The notes under the pieces are model-generated. The model saw nothing but the letters and a program-made list of their open reading frames with translations. It did not search any database and was not told the DNA's origin. From Camelus dromedarius (taxonomy: Eukaryota), in the NCBI RefSeq assembly GCF_036321535.1, contig NC_087447.1:44704001-44768000 (forward strand): a stretch of 64,000 nucleotides of DNA. The letters are read 5' to 3'. Positions 26,701 to 39,918 of the stretch are shown one piece after another. The position numbers and the translations under genes are program-made. The number at the start of each line of letters is the position of its first letter. Position 1 is the first letter of the stretch.

Positions 26701-27270
26701 AAATAGAACTGGGATGGGAACAGCAGTGGGAATGTTGAGTCACAATTTCCTACATCTGACCCACCAATTTCTCCCATAATCATGTGTGCTTTGGACCCTG
26801 AACGCTATTCTTAGAGGACTTGGGGTGAAAGTGGAAGTTGGTGTATTTGTTTATTACTCTGCCATGTGGGTTAGTGTGTGGCAGCAACATTTCAAAGAGG
26901 ATTATTGCTAATCAGTCCTGATGCAGGTGGGCTGGGGCCAGGGTGGCCAAAGCTGGCCTTTGGGGGACAATCCTTGGCATTGGACCAATTATCCCGGCAG
27001 GCCCACATCTCCTCAGGAGACAGGCACAGCTGGGGCCCCTGTCTGGAGAAGGGGCCCAGGGACAAGGCAGGAGACAGAAGTCCTGGAGGCAAGAGGCCTT
27101 GGCAGCTCCTCCGTGGACCAGAGGGAAGGTGGACGGGTGATCTGAAGGGACCAGCTGAGCCCTTGTTGTGCTCACTAGACCTTAATTAAGGCCCTTCGGT
27201 CACAAAGCCCCTAGTGGTGGGCACCAGGTCCCCGAGAGCATGGGCCTGGACCAAGACTGTTACAGGTCCA

Positions 27271-27427
27271 AGTACAGGGAACCATATTCAACACCTTGCA
27301 ATAGCCTATAATGAAAAAGAATATGAAAAGGAATATATTTATGTATAACTGAATCACTATGCTGTACACTAGAAACTAACACAACATTGTAAACGGACTG
27401 TACTTCAATTAAAAAAATAAACAAAAA
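27271..27427 (+). mobile_element. L1 3' end
   Basis: acagggaaccatattcaa...tgtacttcaattaaaaaaa; imperfect TSD aagactgttacaggtc/aagatggttataggtc. Confidence 0.8.
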
Positions 27428-27462
27428 GATGGTTATAGGTCTGAATATATTAAAGATTGTAT

Positions 27463-27653
27463 GGGGGAGGGTATAGCTCAGGGATTAGAGCACATGCTTA
27501 GCATGCACAAGGTCCTGGGTTCAATCCCCTATACCTCTTGTCAAAATAACGAAATAAAACAAATCTAATTACCACCCCCACCCCCAAAAAAACCATAAAG
27601 AGGCAAAAAAAACCCAACAGACAAAATAAATAAAATATTAAAAAAAAAAAAAA
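27463..27653 (+). mobile_element. tRNA-Ala-derived SINE
   Basis: gggggagggtatagctcag...ggtcctgggttcaatcccc, TSD aaaga(t/c)tgt. Confidence 0.85.
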
Positions 27654-27869
27654 GACTGTGGTTGGTCTCCATATGTCATTCAAAGTAAAAACAGTTAAAC
27701 CACAAAATAAGTGCAAAGTTCAGGTTCATCCCACCATGGTCACACTGAGGCTTTTCTGCAAATATTGAATTCTTGGAAAGAAACATTTTTTCGGTTTCGT
27801 TTTGGTGATTCTGCTTTAATAATGCCATAAGCTCTTTCTTGTTGGCCTATTAAGGAATCTGTCTCTGAC

Positions 27870-28340
27870 AATGTGTCTGAGGGAGGGACCCTGTCACTGA
27901 GATCTGAGTGAGGACTGGAGATAACTGAGTGAGGGATTCTTGCTCACTGAGGGGTCTGAAGGAGGGTCTCTGATCACTGAAGGGCTTGAGCTGGGGCACT
28001 GTCACTGAGATGTCCGAAGTGAGGGTCCTTAGTCCTTGGGAGTGCTAATGGTGAATACTGGTCATTGAGGACGTGAGGAAGGGTCTTCATCACTGGGGCA
28101 TCTGAGTCAGTGGCCCTGTTTTTCTCAGGGGTTTGGTGGAGGCCTCTGGTCATAAATTCTTGAGTGTGGTCACTGGGTTTTAAGTGACAGGCTCTACTCC
28201 CTGAGAGGACCGGTGTGTGTGGAGGGGGCTGGATTTCAGTGTTAGGATCACTAGCTTCTAAGAGGACTGAGTGTGGGGGTCACAGCTTTGAGGTTTGAAG
28301 AAAGGGCTCTGACCACCGAGACATACCTGAGGGTCTTTGG
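27870..28340. repeat. Degenerate ~29-bp minisatellite, same unit as 19275-19680
   Basis: Recurrent tcactga / ctgagtgagg units; 14-mer tctgatcactgaag shared (27969 and 19597). Confidence 0.7.
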
Positions 28341-28495
28341 TTAGTGGGAAATACAAATAAGAGGCTCCCCCATCAAGTCTGCACTCACATAAGTGGGGAA
28401 AACTGCCCAGTGTGGGTCTAATAGCTGAGATTCCATGGCTAGAATAGACCATAGTGGCCCTAATTCCTCCTTCCCCTTCCTCCTTCAGCCTGATC

Positions 28496-28526
28496 TGCAG
28501 GCCTTCTAGCCACCAGTAGATGGCAC
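28496..28526 (+). promoter_or_regulatory. CTCF core motif with possible upstream motif
   Basis: CCAGTAGATGGCAC at 28513-28526 matches the consensus exactly; TGCAG starts 17 nt upstream. Confidence 0.7.
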
Positions 28527-28761
28527 TGCAGTCTCACACAAGGAGGGGGCGGCTGGCTTGGGTTCCAAGGTGGGGTCCAGGTGCAAGCAGGTGACTCCTG
28601 GGAGAGAGAGGAAATTAGTTTGTCCCTTCGCCCCCTTGGGGACTCCCTGCAGGCAGAAAGGAACCAGGCTACAATGGCCAAGGGAGAGCCGCTACACTCA
28701 GGCCACCTAGAGGCTGAGTCCTGTTATCGACAGACCTACTAGTTTCAAATGCAGAGTGACT

Positions 28762-28959
28762 TTTTCCTTTAAATTAAAAAATTTTTTTAATTGAAGTATA
28801 GTAGATTTTCAATGTTGTATTAGTTTCTGGTGTACAGCATAGTGATTCAGTTATATATATATATTCTTTTTCATTATAGGTTATTACAAGATATTGAATA
28901 TAGTTCCCTGTTTTATATATAGTGGTATTTGCACATCCTAAACTCTCAATTTATCCCTT
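28762..28959 (-). mobile_element. L1 3' end
   Basis: Antisense L1 3'UTR, TSD agagtgactt. Confidence 0.8.
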
Positions 28960-31900
28960 AGAGTGACTTCTTATGTTTGATTCATTCATGTATTCACTTG
29001 CTCAGCAAGTGTGGGTCCATCACATGATAGAATTTGTGCTAGGCACTGAGGGCACAAGAATGATTAAACAAGGTCACTGCTGTTGAGAAGTCCATAGTCT
29101 TGGAGGTGAAAAATTAATATAGACATCTTAAATTCATGTAAACGTGATAAAAACTGTAATACAGGGATGGACACCATGTTGGGGGAGTCCAGGGAAGGAA
29201 TGACTGTAGAAGTGAAATTTCAGAGTAAGGACTGGGATTTTGTTTGTGTGGCACAAATAAGGGAAGGTGTCTGGAGTGGAAGCAGAAGTGTGAGTAACGA
29301 TGTGCAGTGAATGAGAGTCTGGATGTTGAGGGATGTCTGTGCAGCCCCAAAGCCTAGGGTATAGGATACAGGGTAGGGTGGGCTGGGAAGATGGGGAGGG
29401 GTCGGAATGACGGGTACATGCGGAAAGATCATTAAGAATCGTGTAACCTATATTTAGGGACTTGTTCATGGTCCTTTAACTGATGAAGAATCAAGAGGGT
29501 TTTCAAGTAGGCAGGTGAAGTATTCAGGTTGCTGTTTAATTACTCTGGTAACCAAGGCGTGGGGCAGATTAGAAGAGGAACAGACTGCATGCAAGAACCC
29601 AGTTAGGCAACCAAAATTAGAGTTCTTGAAAGTTAAGTAGAGGAGGAGAAAGGAGATTTGAGGGGCATTTAGTACGGACCATGAATAGGACTTTGTTCCA
29701 AAGTAGATGTGAAAAGTAAGGGAGAATAAAGAATTTAGGAAAATAATAATAATAAATGTTAACATTTACTAAGCATTTAACATTAGTGATAGTTCAACTC
29801 ACTCATCATAACAGCACTCTATAAAATGGGGACTATTACCCCCATTTTCAGGTGAAGAAATTGGAGCTCAGAGAGGCTCTATAACTTGCCGAAGGCCACA
29901 CAGCTAGTTGTTTCCCACCTGGTTTTCCTGTCTTCAGCCTTATCCCTCCCAGATCACCCTCCATGCATGAAAGTTTATTAACTGCATAAACTTACTGAGT
30001 GGCTCCCATGCTGTACTAGGTCTACATGCTTAATATTCATATTAAACAAATTATAGCTTTAACTGATTCAGCCTGACAGACCTTGAACAACTGTATTTTC
30101 TGATCATTGACTTCTATTTTTTAACTGATTTTGAATCCAGGAGAGGGAAAGAGGGGGCTGTTTATTGAAGGTCCACAGAACTTCAACATACAGAGCACTG
30201 GACCAGGAGCCTTAAGAGAGAAACACGGAGTAGAATTTGGGGACCCAATTAATATGGGAAGAAGCTTTTGGGGAGGCCAGAGTCTGTAGCTTTAGGTCTG
30301 GACTTGGTAAACATGTGTTTGTGGCTGCAGTGGCTTGTGGAAGCTTACGCTGAACAATGCGCTGGATTTTTAATGATGGAGTTGGTTTTTATCAGTTGTA
30401 ACTGGGCAGGCAACTTCAGGTTTTCAGTGCCAGCCATATGGGATTTTATTCTTGGTGGGTCCTCACAATTCTCAGGATTTTATCCACAGGTGAGGATTTG
30501 TTTTTATAGAGGCAGGGCTGTGGGTTGGCTTCAGGGGCACGGCGAGGTGGGTCTTTCCTGCCTTCAGCCAAATTGCCTCTGTCAAAGGGCATGGAGGTGA
30601 CTCGACATTCACAAGGGCAGGGCTTAGCCAGACACGACCCTGGGGATGGGGGTGGGGATGGGGATAGGATGAGGGGAGTGGCTCAGCAGACACTGGCCTC
30701 AGCAGATGCCTGCTACATGGGACCTAGCCAGTCTGTGCTGGCCACACTGCTCTCAGAAAAGGCACAGCCACAGCAAAAGTGAGAGCCTTGGGTATACCAT
30801 GCTGCGGTTTATCCTTGACCTAGTCAGATACCAGACAGCATATGTGCATGGGCCACGTTACAGAGGTGCTGGTGGGCTGTGGTGCCCTGATAAACAGAAG
30901 CAGCTGTGGCAAGGCTTCAGTCACGGAAAAAAGAGAGTCCTTGTGTACACGAGCCTTTTAGACACGGGGTGAGGTGCAGAACAACTAATTATCAGTTGTA
31001 TTATTCATCAGTGTAGACAGGCTGCTGCAAATCTGATGCAAAATAATGTTGTTTTGAAATGACTTCCCCCAAGAAAGGGAGGGACTAACCTCCTCTTATC
31101 ACATGTTGAGAGAATCAAAGTGGATAAATAAAAAAAAAAAAAAAAAAAGGGAAAGGAAATGCATCTAGATCTAATAGCTCTTAAGAAGGGTACCAGAACA
31201 GGGTGAGGTGTCTGAGTTATTACTAGCTCAGAAACAGTGATTGGGTCTTAAATACATTTAACAAGGTAAAAAAAAGTCCAGATTTCAGAACTGCCTGGAA
31301 TGACTCCCTCCAAAAGGGTCCAAACTTAGGAAACTATTAAGAGGCAGCTTCTCAAAATGAGAAAGAGAGAGAGAGAAAGATCATAGTGTGAACAAATTAA
31401 AGTTGTAATTTACTTTTCCTGTGTTCCAGAAGTATTTTATTGACTTTAACCGTTTATCTGCTGAGATGAGTCGCCAAGAACATTCTGATTCACCTCTACC
31501 AGGTTTTGACTACAGTACTTTCAACTGTAAGGGAATTAAAGACACTTGGAAAAACACAACCATGATACTACGATGATACTCACAACTTATTTCCTTAATA
31601 TTATTTAATATTCAATTAGCATTCAAATTTCCCAAATTATCACATAATCTTTTTCAACTTGTTTTTGGACTCAGATCCAAATGAGAACTCGTCATTAGTA
31701 CTAGTTTATAGGTTTCTTAGATGTCTTTTAATCTATATATTTCCCTTCCATCATTCTTTTTTTCTTTGAAACTTATCGGTTGAGGCATCTGGGTCATTTG
31801 CCCTGTAGAATACCCCACCGTATGTATGAATTGCTGTGTTATCACTGAAGATGTTTCTCTGTCTCACATATTGCTGGGGAATTGGTAGTTAGATCTGGAG

Positions 31901-34900
31901 ACTTGATCAGATTCAGACTTGATTTTTGATCTGACCCCTCTGGGGCAAAGGGGTCACTTCTTTGGTAAATTTGGGACAATGAATTAAATGAATTGGGCAT
32001 GCTCAACTCAGCTCCCCTGACCCTCTTTAGCCAGGCTCCCCAGGATACACACATTCTGCTCTCCCCTTCTGTGAAGTAAAATTTATAGGGGTCTTCCCTG
32101 GATAGGGGTGGGGGACAGGGTGGGGAATGGGGAGAGCTATAGTTTTCTTGCACAGAGTGGGTGGGTTACTTTCCCTAATCCTGGAGTTCAAGATCAAGAA
32201 GCCCGTTCACTAAAGGATAGAGCCACGTTTGTCAATATCCACTTCATCAGTTGTGCTGTTGTTATTTTGATCTCTCAGTGTCTTATTCTTCTGCATTATT
32301 TCTCAACTGATTCAGAACTTTGGCAGGAAATGGAAGGGTATTATTTATTGGTACCCCTAAAGTCTGCAACAGGCACCAAGGATACACAGACAAGCTACTT
32401 TTATTCAACAAGCTTTTGTACCTGCCTTGCTCACAGATCTGGTAAGGGTTGGCCCCATTTACCACATTCATCTCATTCCCACAGCTGATGGGACCTGACC
32501 CAAGGCTATTAGTTAGATGCTCATTCTCCTTATCACTCAAGAAATTCAACCAAGACATGTGATGGAGGGCACGTGAACCAGGTTGAGATGGCCATTTTCC
32601 CACCCGGTGCATTGCTGGCAGGTTGACACAGAGAGTCAGCTTAGGGGATGCAGCGAGGAGCGGGCACATGGAGAGGGGTGGACAAGAGAGGTATCAGAAT
32701 TAGTGGAGAATCAGCGGGAGAAGTCTGCCTCTCTGACCTCCTGGTTCTAGTCCCCCAGGCTTTTCTTGTTCCTAGAGTCTGTGAGGTGGTCATTTGAGAC
32801 AGACCATTTGGAGAGAGAGCTCTGTAGTTTTTTGGGGGAACTTTGATGACAGGCTTATTTGAGGTAGAAGCTGGAAGCCAGAGGGTCCACGTACGGGCAG
32901 AGCATCTGCAGGGGAAACAGAAAGCTTTGTGGATTCCTCTGGAGAGGGAGGGAGGAGCCAGAGGCAGAGCATGGGAAGCGGAGTCTGTGACACTGATGTG
33001 ACATGTCCCAGGACTGACCCTCCAAAACTTCAGATCTCTTGAAATAAGAAATTTTCAGTTTTATCTGTGAAAACTGATGAAGGGGCTGTGCTTGACACCC
33101 AGATTCCTGTGAAAATCAAGGCAGCAAGAGGGCGTGTGGGAGCCCTGAGAGAGTGGGTGGGTGGGTGGGAGGAGTTTATGAGTGTATAGACCTTGGACTT
33201 GAAACTGGGGTTCAGAACTAATTGTAGCCAGATGATATCTGGTCACTGTGAATGGCCAGCCTCCCTCATGCCCTCTCTTAGAGGGCAGCACCCTCTAATC
33301 TATACCAAGACACCAGAGCTTCGGTCTTATGGCCCCTTCAAATCTGTCATCTCTGCAGTGCTACCCCGTCGCTGTGGGTGTTTTCTCCCTGCTCGCCGTT
33401 TGGCCTGTCACCGCTGGGAGCGCCACATTATAGCCAGCTTGTTGCCTCCCTCCCATCAATCAAAGGAGGAGATGGTTGGGTAGATCTTTCTGCTCCTTAC
33501 TGTTCTTTCCTTTTAGTCTCAACAGAGTATTTGCAGGTTTCTTTACTGAGGAGTTGAAGCAGTTTCAGAAGGGAGATTTTGAAGGAAGGACAAAGAAGGA
33601 AGGACAAAACTCCTATCGGAGACTTTCTCTTTGCATCTCGAAGGAGGGACGGTACCTACAGGTCTAGATCCTCCACAAGCTCCCTGGCTTTCAGATAGCC
33701 AAACTTTCCTTCTCCATGGGCCTCCTTTTAAAATTTGCTCCATTCAAAACCACGAACTTCCACACCTGTCACAGGAGGGGATCTCACTTCTTGGATATCT
33801 CTCTCTCTTCAAATTCACCACTCTTATCTGACCCAAAGTCCTAAATCTGAGACTGTCAATTGGAAGTGGGCCCCCAGAACTTCAGCCAGTTCAATATGAT
33901 GTCACCCAAACCGTGCAGGATTCTGTGTACGGGAGCGGGGAGGGGAGTGGAGGAGGAGGATGAAGAGCCTCTGGGTCTGTTAGTTGTGAATTTAGGTCTT
34001 CCTGGTCGGATTTCCTTTTCAGTATTCTTACATGTGTGAGTAGGAATCACATCAGTTCACTTGATTAATAGAGTTGTTATCCTAGCCCATCCACTGCTCC
34101 CAGGAACAGACATTAATTTTTAGAGAGTACGATCTAAACCCATATTGAAAAAGGATATACTTCCTCAATTAGAAGGGCGTCTTGCCTTTTCCCCAGAGTT
34201 AGTGGGCCCTATTATTGTGCAGAAAAGAGGTCTGGTTTCTTTCCTGCTCTGCCTGAGAAGCTATTGAAATAATAAATAAGTTATATTATCCTTTAATGGC
34301 TCCTTTTTTGTGTTAATTCAGGAAGGGCTCCAGACTCAATAAATTGTTTCAACAGTCTGCTTTGGGGGCTGGGGTAGCTGCTAATTCTTTTACAATAACC
34401 CACCTTTGCTTAAGTCAACTGAGGTAGTTTTTGTTCCTTGCAACCAACTGATCCTTGTCTAGAAGAGAAATGGATTCTGGGAAGTAGGTTTGCAAGCCAT
34501 AGTGCCTCAAAGGGATGTGGATGCTGTCCCCAGTGTCACTGCAGGGTACCCAGTGCTGAAGATTTTCTCATCCTGGGAAGAGCAGTTTGGTGAGGTCTAG
34601 CCAATGATGTGACTTCTGTTTGTTGCAAAAAAGTGATGCCTGAGTAGGATCCACTATAACAGAAGCCTGGAGAAATATGGGTAGAATGAGAGGAACCCCT
34701 GGTATGACTTCTCATTCTGCCATGTCTGGTGGTAAAGGCTAATGAAACCTTTGGCATAACTCTACGATAATTCACCACAAGTTCAGCCTTTTCTGGTATG
34801 AAGGTTTGGGCAGCACACCTGGTAAACCCTGACCAGCACAGGAACTGGTTAAAAGCATGGGCAACATTAAATGCGTTAGAGAGGACAGGCAAAATAAAGC

Positions 34901-35100
34901 CCACCTTTACTTCATAAACTCAGTTGTTAATTTGTTATCCATTTGGCACTGGATTTTTATTTGAATTTAAATTTAGCTTAACTTTGTTTTATTTTGAATA
35001 TGTTTAATCCAAGCTGTTTCTGTACCTCTACTTGTGAGGTTTAACTTACTTCTTTTTCTCTCTGTCTCTTTCCCTCTTTCTCACAATATTTGACATTTTG

Positions 35101-35199
35101 TTTTATTTATTTTTTAAGTTTTATCTTTTTTAAATTGAAGTGTAGTTGATTTACAATGTTAGTTTCAGGTGTATAGCAAAGCAATTTGGTTATATATAT

Positions 35200-35254
<55 letters not shown>

Positions 35255-35374
35255 GATACTTTTCCATTACAGCTTATTACAATAAACTGAATACAGCTCT
35301 CTGTGCCATACAGTAGGTCCCTGTTGTTCATCTATTTTATACATAGCAAGGTGCATCTGTCAACCCCAAACGCC
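35101..35374 (-). mobile_element. L1 3' end containing (TA)n
   Basis: Antisense L1 3'UTR, TSD atatttgacatttt, (TA)n at 35191-35250. Confidence 0.85.
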
Positions 35375-36968
35375 TATATTTGACATTTTAAATCTTCCCT
35401 GTTTACGGCTTCAGGATCAGCCCCTCTTCCCCCTCCCTGGTCTCTTTCCCCTGGTGCAGGTGTGAAGCAGTCCTCTCACTCTTTTGGGGCAAGAGTGCCT
35501 TGCTCATTGCTCTCTGGCTCATTCATTGTGTGGTTTAGACACCATTTGGTGACAGGAAAAAGATCTAAACCGTATGCTCTGCCTATGTCAAGGAATATTT
35601 CCTCCATCCAACCCCCTGCAATGAAGAGGAATCATGACTAAGCTTGAGCTCCCTCAAACAGGCAAGTTGAATAGCCAGTAGTAGATTGATTTCATATAGT
35701 ATGTTACCTCTGGGGTAATCACCCAGTGGATTGTGTGATACCATCACACTGAACTGGGTGGGGTTTGATGCCAAAATGCTAGGGCACCAGCCTCAAGGAC
35801 AATTCTACTAGTCTCAGGGATCATTCTCACCCTCAGGTTAAATGGGTAAGCTTGCAGACCTATTAAACATTGTTTTCTTTTTTTCCCCCAAAACCTCGTG
35901 ATTGTCATACCAGGCTGGCTTTGTGAATGGATTGTTATCCATATGGTCTGGTTCTGAGAGCTTCTCTTCTGCTTTTGAGATCCACTGACTCCAAATAGGA
36001 TAAGAAATATTCAGTAGGGTAACTTTGTGTTGTGCAATATCACTAAACCACGCCAGTTGCCTTAAAGGGGGAGGGAACAGACACACCAGTGCTATTCTTT
36101 GCCCAGGTAGGCTTGCTTGTCCCACTCCCCTGGCTGAAGGGATTAGCAACTATCTCTTCTTTTGACACCAGGCAAATGACAGTTATTCTTCAAACAAAAT
36201 CTCATAAGTAAACATCATCCAACTAATGCAGTGCCCAGTGTTATGAGTCAAATTATTTCCCTGTTGTGGTAGGTATTAGGTGGCTCATAATGACTTCTCC
36301 TTCCTTACACCCAGCCCCCGAGATGCAGGGGGATGCTCGTACTAAGATAAAAGCAGTTGCAGGACTCCAGCGGCATATAATTTCCTGCAAGTCACCACGG
36401 GTCTGGAATTGCTACCCATGGTATCCCGGTCAAGCCGGTCTTCAACGCCCTATTCTACCTCTCAGTCTACAGGGCTGCCTATGAGAGGTAAGGCACACCA
36501 TTCCCTAATGGTCTGTCCTGTCCTTTATTATGTGGGTGGTAAAATAATTCCTAGATCAAGGGCTGTAGTCGAGGAAGGCCGTATTAGATCAAGGTAGAGG
36601 CCTGCCCGGGCTTTGATGGTGGCTTCTGAGTGATTTGCCCAGGAATGCAAGCTCAAATCAGGCGAGGCCTCCCCCTGTCAGAGCTCACTGAATTCCTCAG
36701 ATTGCAGAAAGAAGTTCAATCGAGTCTATTCAGTAACTTCCAGGCGTTTGCCTTTTGGATGTCCCAGGACATTTTTGCAGGAGAAGCTCAACTCCCACAT
36801 CCTGACAATTGGCTCCAGCAGCAATGACAACTCCTAAGTTCTGGGCTCCTGGGCCCCACCTCGAGTGCAAGATGCTCTGAGCCGTCCATGGCATATGGAT
36901 GGATTTACTTGGTTGTTAAAACTGGTTTGTTTTTTTTTTGCTCCTAATCCTTCTGATATGTGTTCATA

Positions 36969-37412
36969 TGTGTAATAATTTCCTAGGGCGGCTGTGACAA
37001 ATGACCACACACTTAGTGGCTTAAAACAACAGAAATGTATTACATCTCAGTTCTGGAGGGCAAAAGTACAAAATCAGTGTTGTTAGGGCCGTGAACCCTT
37101 GGAAGGCCCTGAGGAAGAATCCACTCCATGCCTCTCTCCTTCCTTCTGGTGGCTGCTGGCGATCGTGGGTGGTCCTGGATTCGGGACAGCCCTCCAATCT
37201 CTGTCTCAGTCTTCACATGGCCTTCTTTTCTGTGTTTCTGTGTGTTTTCCTCTTCTTATAAGGGCACATATAAGTCACTGGATGCAGGGCCCACCCTAGA
37301 TCTAGGATGATCTCATCTCAAGATACTTAACTTTAATTATATCTGCAAAGACCCTGTTTCCAAATAAGGTCACATTCCCAGGCACTGGTGGTGAGGACTA
37401 TCCAACCCACTA
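36969..37412 (-). mobile_element. MLT1-family MaLR LTR
   Basis: tttcctaggg...gtggcttaaaacaacagaaat...tttccaaataaggtcacattc. Confidence 0.85.
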
Positions 37413-37757
37413 AAATATAAGATGCAAAAAACAGATGTTTGATGGAATAATATGCCTGATTCTTGTCATAAAAGCCATCCTCAAACCTCTTGGTCATAAT
37501 ATACCATTCCAGGATCTTCCATCCATTTGGTTATTTGGCTTTCTGGAGTCAGTACAGATTCTCACTTCCTGTTGCTCCAAACTTATAGCCCTTTTATTAA
37601 TTGCCAGCGGCACAGAGCTCCCTCATTGTGTGGAACAAACAGCCTTACCCCTTCCGTAGACAGGATGTCTGTGACAAAGAGGGGAAGGCAGTGCCTGTCC
37701 ACTGAGGCTCGTTCCCTGTTGAATGCGTGGTTCTGCTTGTGCTGCACGTTGTTACCT

Positions 37758-37950
37758 TTTTTTTTAAAAAACTGAAGTAGAGTTCATTTACAATATTGTG
37801 TTAGTTTCAGGTGTAAAGTAAAGTGATTCAGTTATATGTATATAATATATTCAATATATATATATATTCAGATTATTTTCCATTGTAGGTTATTACAAGA
37901 TGTTGAATATAGTTCCCTGTGCCATACAGCAGGTATATCCCTGTTGCTTA
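37758..37950 (-). mobile_element. L1 3' end
   Basis: Antisense L1 3'UTR, TSD gcacg(t/c)tgttac. Confidence 0.8.
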
Positions 37951-39134
37951 TCAGATACAAATTACTATGCACGCTGTTACTTTCAATTCGAAGGTTAAGT
38001 CCCTGGAAGATGTCCCTGTTTGTCTGGCAGCTGAAAGTGAGGCTCAGGGTCAAGGATGTTTCTTGCACAATTAACTCACACAGCCATCTCTCCTCCTTTT
38101 TTAGATTTTTTCCCCATCGCATAATTAAAGACTGTCAGGCTGCATTGCTACGTGAGACAGAGAGTTCCAATGAACAAAACAATCCAGCAACTTCTGGTGG
38201 ATCTCCCCACCAGCATCTGCTAGTAAGTCAGCAATTATCTCTCAAAAGCAGTGTAATTCTCAGCTGCTGGAAGTATGGCTTTAGTTTGAAATCCTAAATA
38301 CTTCTGCTACATTTTCCCTTTTAGGACCTGCCATCTCTCCCCCTCTCCCCAAATTGTCTTGGTGGGAGAGGCAGAAATCACAGAGACCTCAAGTCTCATC
38401 TTTCTTATAGGGTCGAAGGGGTAGAGCTGACTTGGAACTTGGAACTGGCCAGGGTCAGTCTCTGAGGCTCCTCTGAACCTTACTCAAAGCATGCGGCCTT
38501 TTGGATAACCCAGACACCAAGTGTATGAGAATTCCAAGGAGCAGCAAATGCAGACTCTAAAACCCAAACACCCTGATCAGCTGCTGTTCTTTGTTGGGAG
38601 GAGAGGTATCACCCGTGTTTCACTACATGTCACAGGCTTAAGTACTACCACTCCAGGAATCCCCTATCTGCTGGCTCCCCTGTGGCTGGTCCCTGGACCC
38701 AACAGTACATCCTCATCCACTCAGGTATGATGTTAAGAACCGCAGTGCCTCTGTCACTTTCGTTTCAGTGCATCTTTGCAATATCATACAGCGGGACATC
38801 TGACCACTGAGAAAAGAAAGAAAACAAGGATGCAGAATGAGAGCATCTAAAGCACTGTAATCTGATTTGTCTCTTACAGAGGTTTTTCTTGACTATCCTC
38901 TCACTTAAAGTAGAGGGAGCAGATACAGGCAGAGGCAGGGGGCCACCCTTGAGTCAGTCTTTGTTAGGCAGATATATTCCAGGCAGGCCCAGCTCTCATG
39001 AAAGGTGTAGTGATTTTTTTTTTTTTTTAAATAAACTCAACCCTTCCCCAGAGTATGCTATGTTCTGGGAAGCAGACAGGCCAATGTATAAAAGGAACCC
39101 TTCAGAAGCAGGGTGGGCGATATATTTGTTTGAA

Positions 39135-39242
39135 TTTTTTTCTAATTAAAAAACATTTTTTTAAAATGGAGGTACTGGGGCTTGAACTCAGGACCTTGTG
39201 CATGCTAAGCATGTGCTCTACCACTGAGCTATACTCTACCCC
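39135..39242 (-). mobile_element. tRNA-Ala-derived SINE
   Basis: atggaggtactgggg...gtgcatgctaagcatgtgctctaccactgagctatac. Confidence 0.85.
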
Positions 39243-39480
39243 TGTTTTAATTTCTAAAAGCATTTGTTAGCTCAGGCATCATAGCATTCCACTAATTTTT
39301 GCAAGAACCATCTGGGCAACTATTAATTTAATTGTCTACATTCTACAAGGAATCCTCAGGTTCTATTAACTTTTCTTAGAGAGCATTTCATAATTCCACA
39401 GAATTAACTAGAGAGGGCATTTGGTGGGCAGGGATCCCGGTTAAGGGGATACTGTGATACAGATGGTGATTAATCAATGG

Positions 39481-39918
39481 GTATGTTAGTTTCCCAGGGT
39501 TATCAAAACAAGTGACCACAAACGGTGGCTTAAAACAGCAGAAATTGATTCTCTCATAGTTCTAGAGGCTAGAAGTCTGAAATCAAGATGCTGGCAGGGC
39601 CAGGCTCCCTCCAAAGCTTCTAGGGGAGGGTCCTTCCTGGCCTTTTCAGTTCCTAGTCACTGCAGGCGTTCCCGGGCTTGTGACAGCATCACTCCATTCT
39701 CTGCCTCCATTGTCACATGGTGTTCTCCCTGTGTGTCTCTTGTCCTCTTCTCATAAGGACACCAGTCATATAGGATTGAAGGCCCCCCCAACTTAATATG
39801 ATCTCATCTAATTTGATCACATTCACAAAGACCTTATTTCCAAATAAGAACACAGTCACAGGTATCAAAAGTTATGACTTGAACATATCTTTTATGGGGG
39901 ACATGATAAACCCACATC
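39481..39918 (-). mobile_element. MLT1-family MaLR LTR
   Basis: ttagtttcccaggg...ggcttaaaacagcagaaatt...ccttatttccaaataag. Confidence 0.85.

Noticed and set aside
36392..36487. 96-nt + strand exon candidate ending AG|gtaagg
   Set aside because: Weak AAG acceptor, no partner exons, unrecognised peptide.
34100..36850. Scattered resemblances to bornavirus L polymerase (minus strand LRSHH..LYL.SNTA near 36630-36578, HRQPCR, GLTG, TFLQQ..LAR; plus strand EKGYTS)
   Set aside because: Hits are out of order, on both strands and need many gaps; rough scores are within chance. A tblastn or HMM search with bornaviral L would settle it. The 35.4-36.9 kb block remains unexplained.
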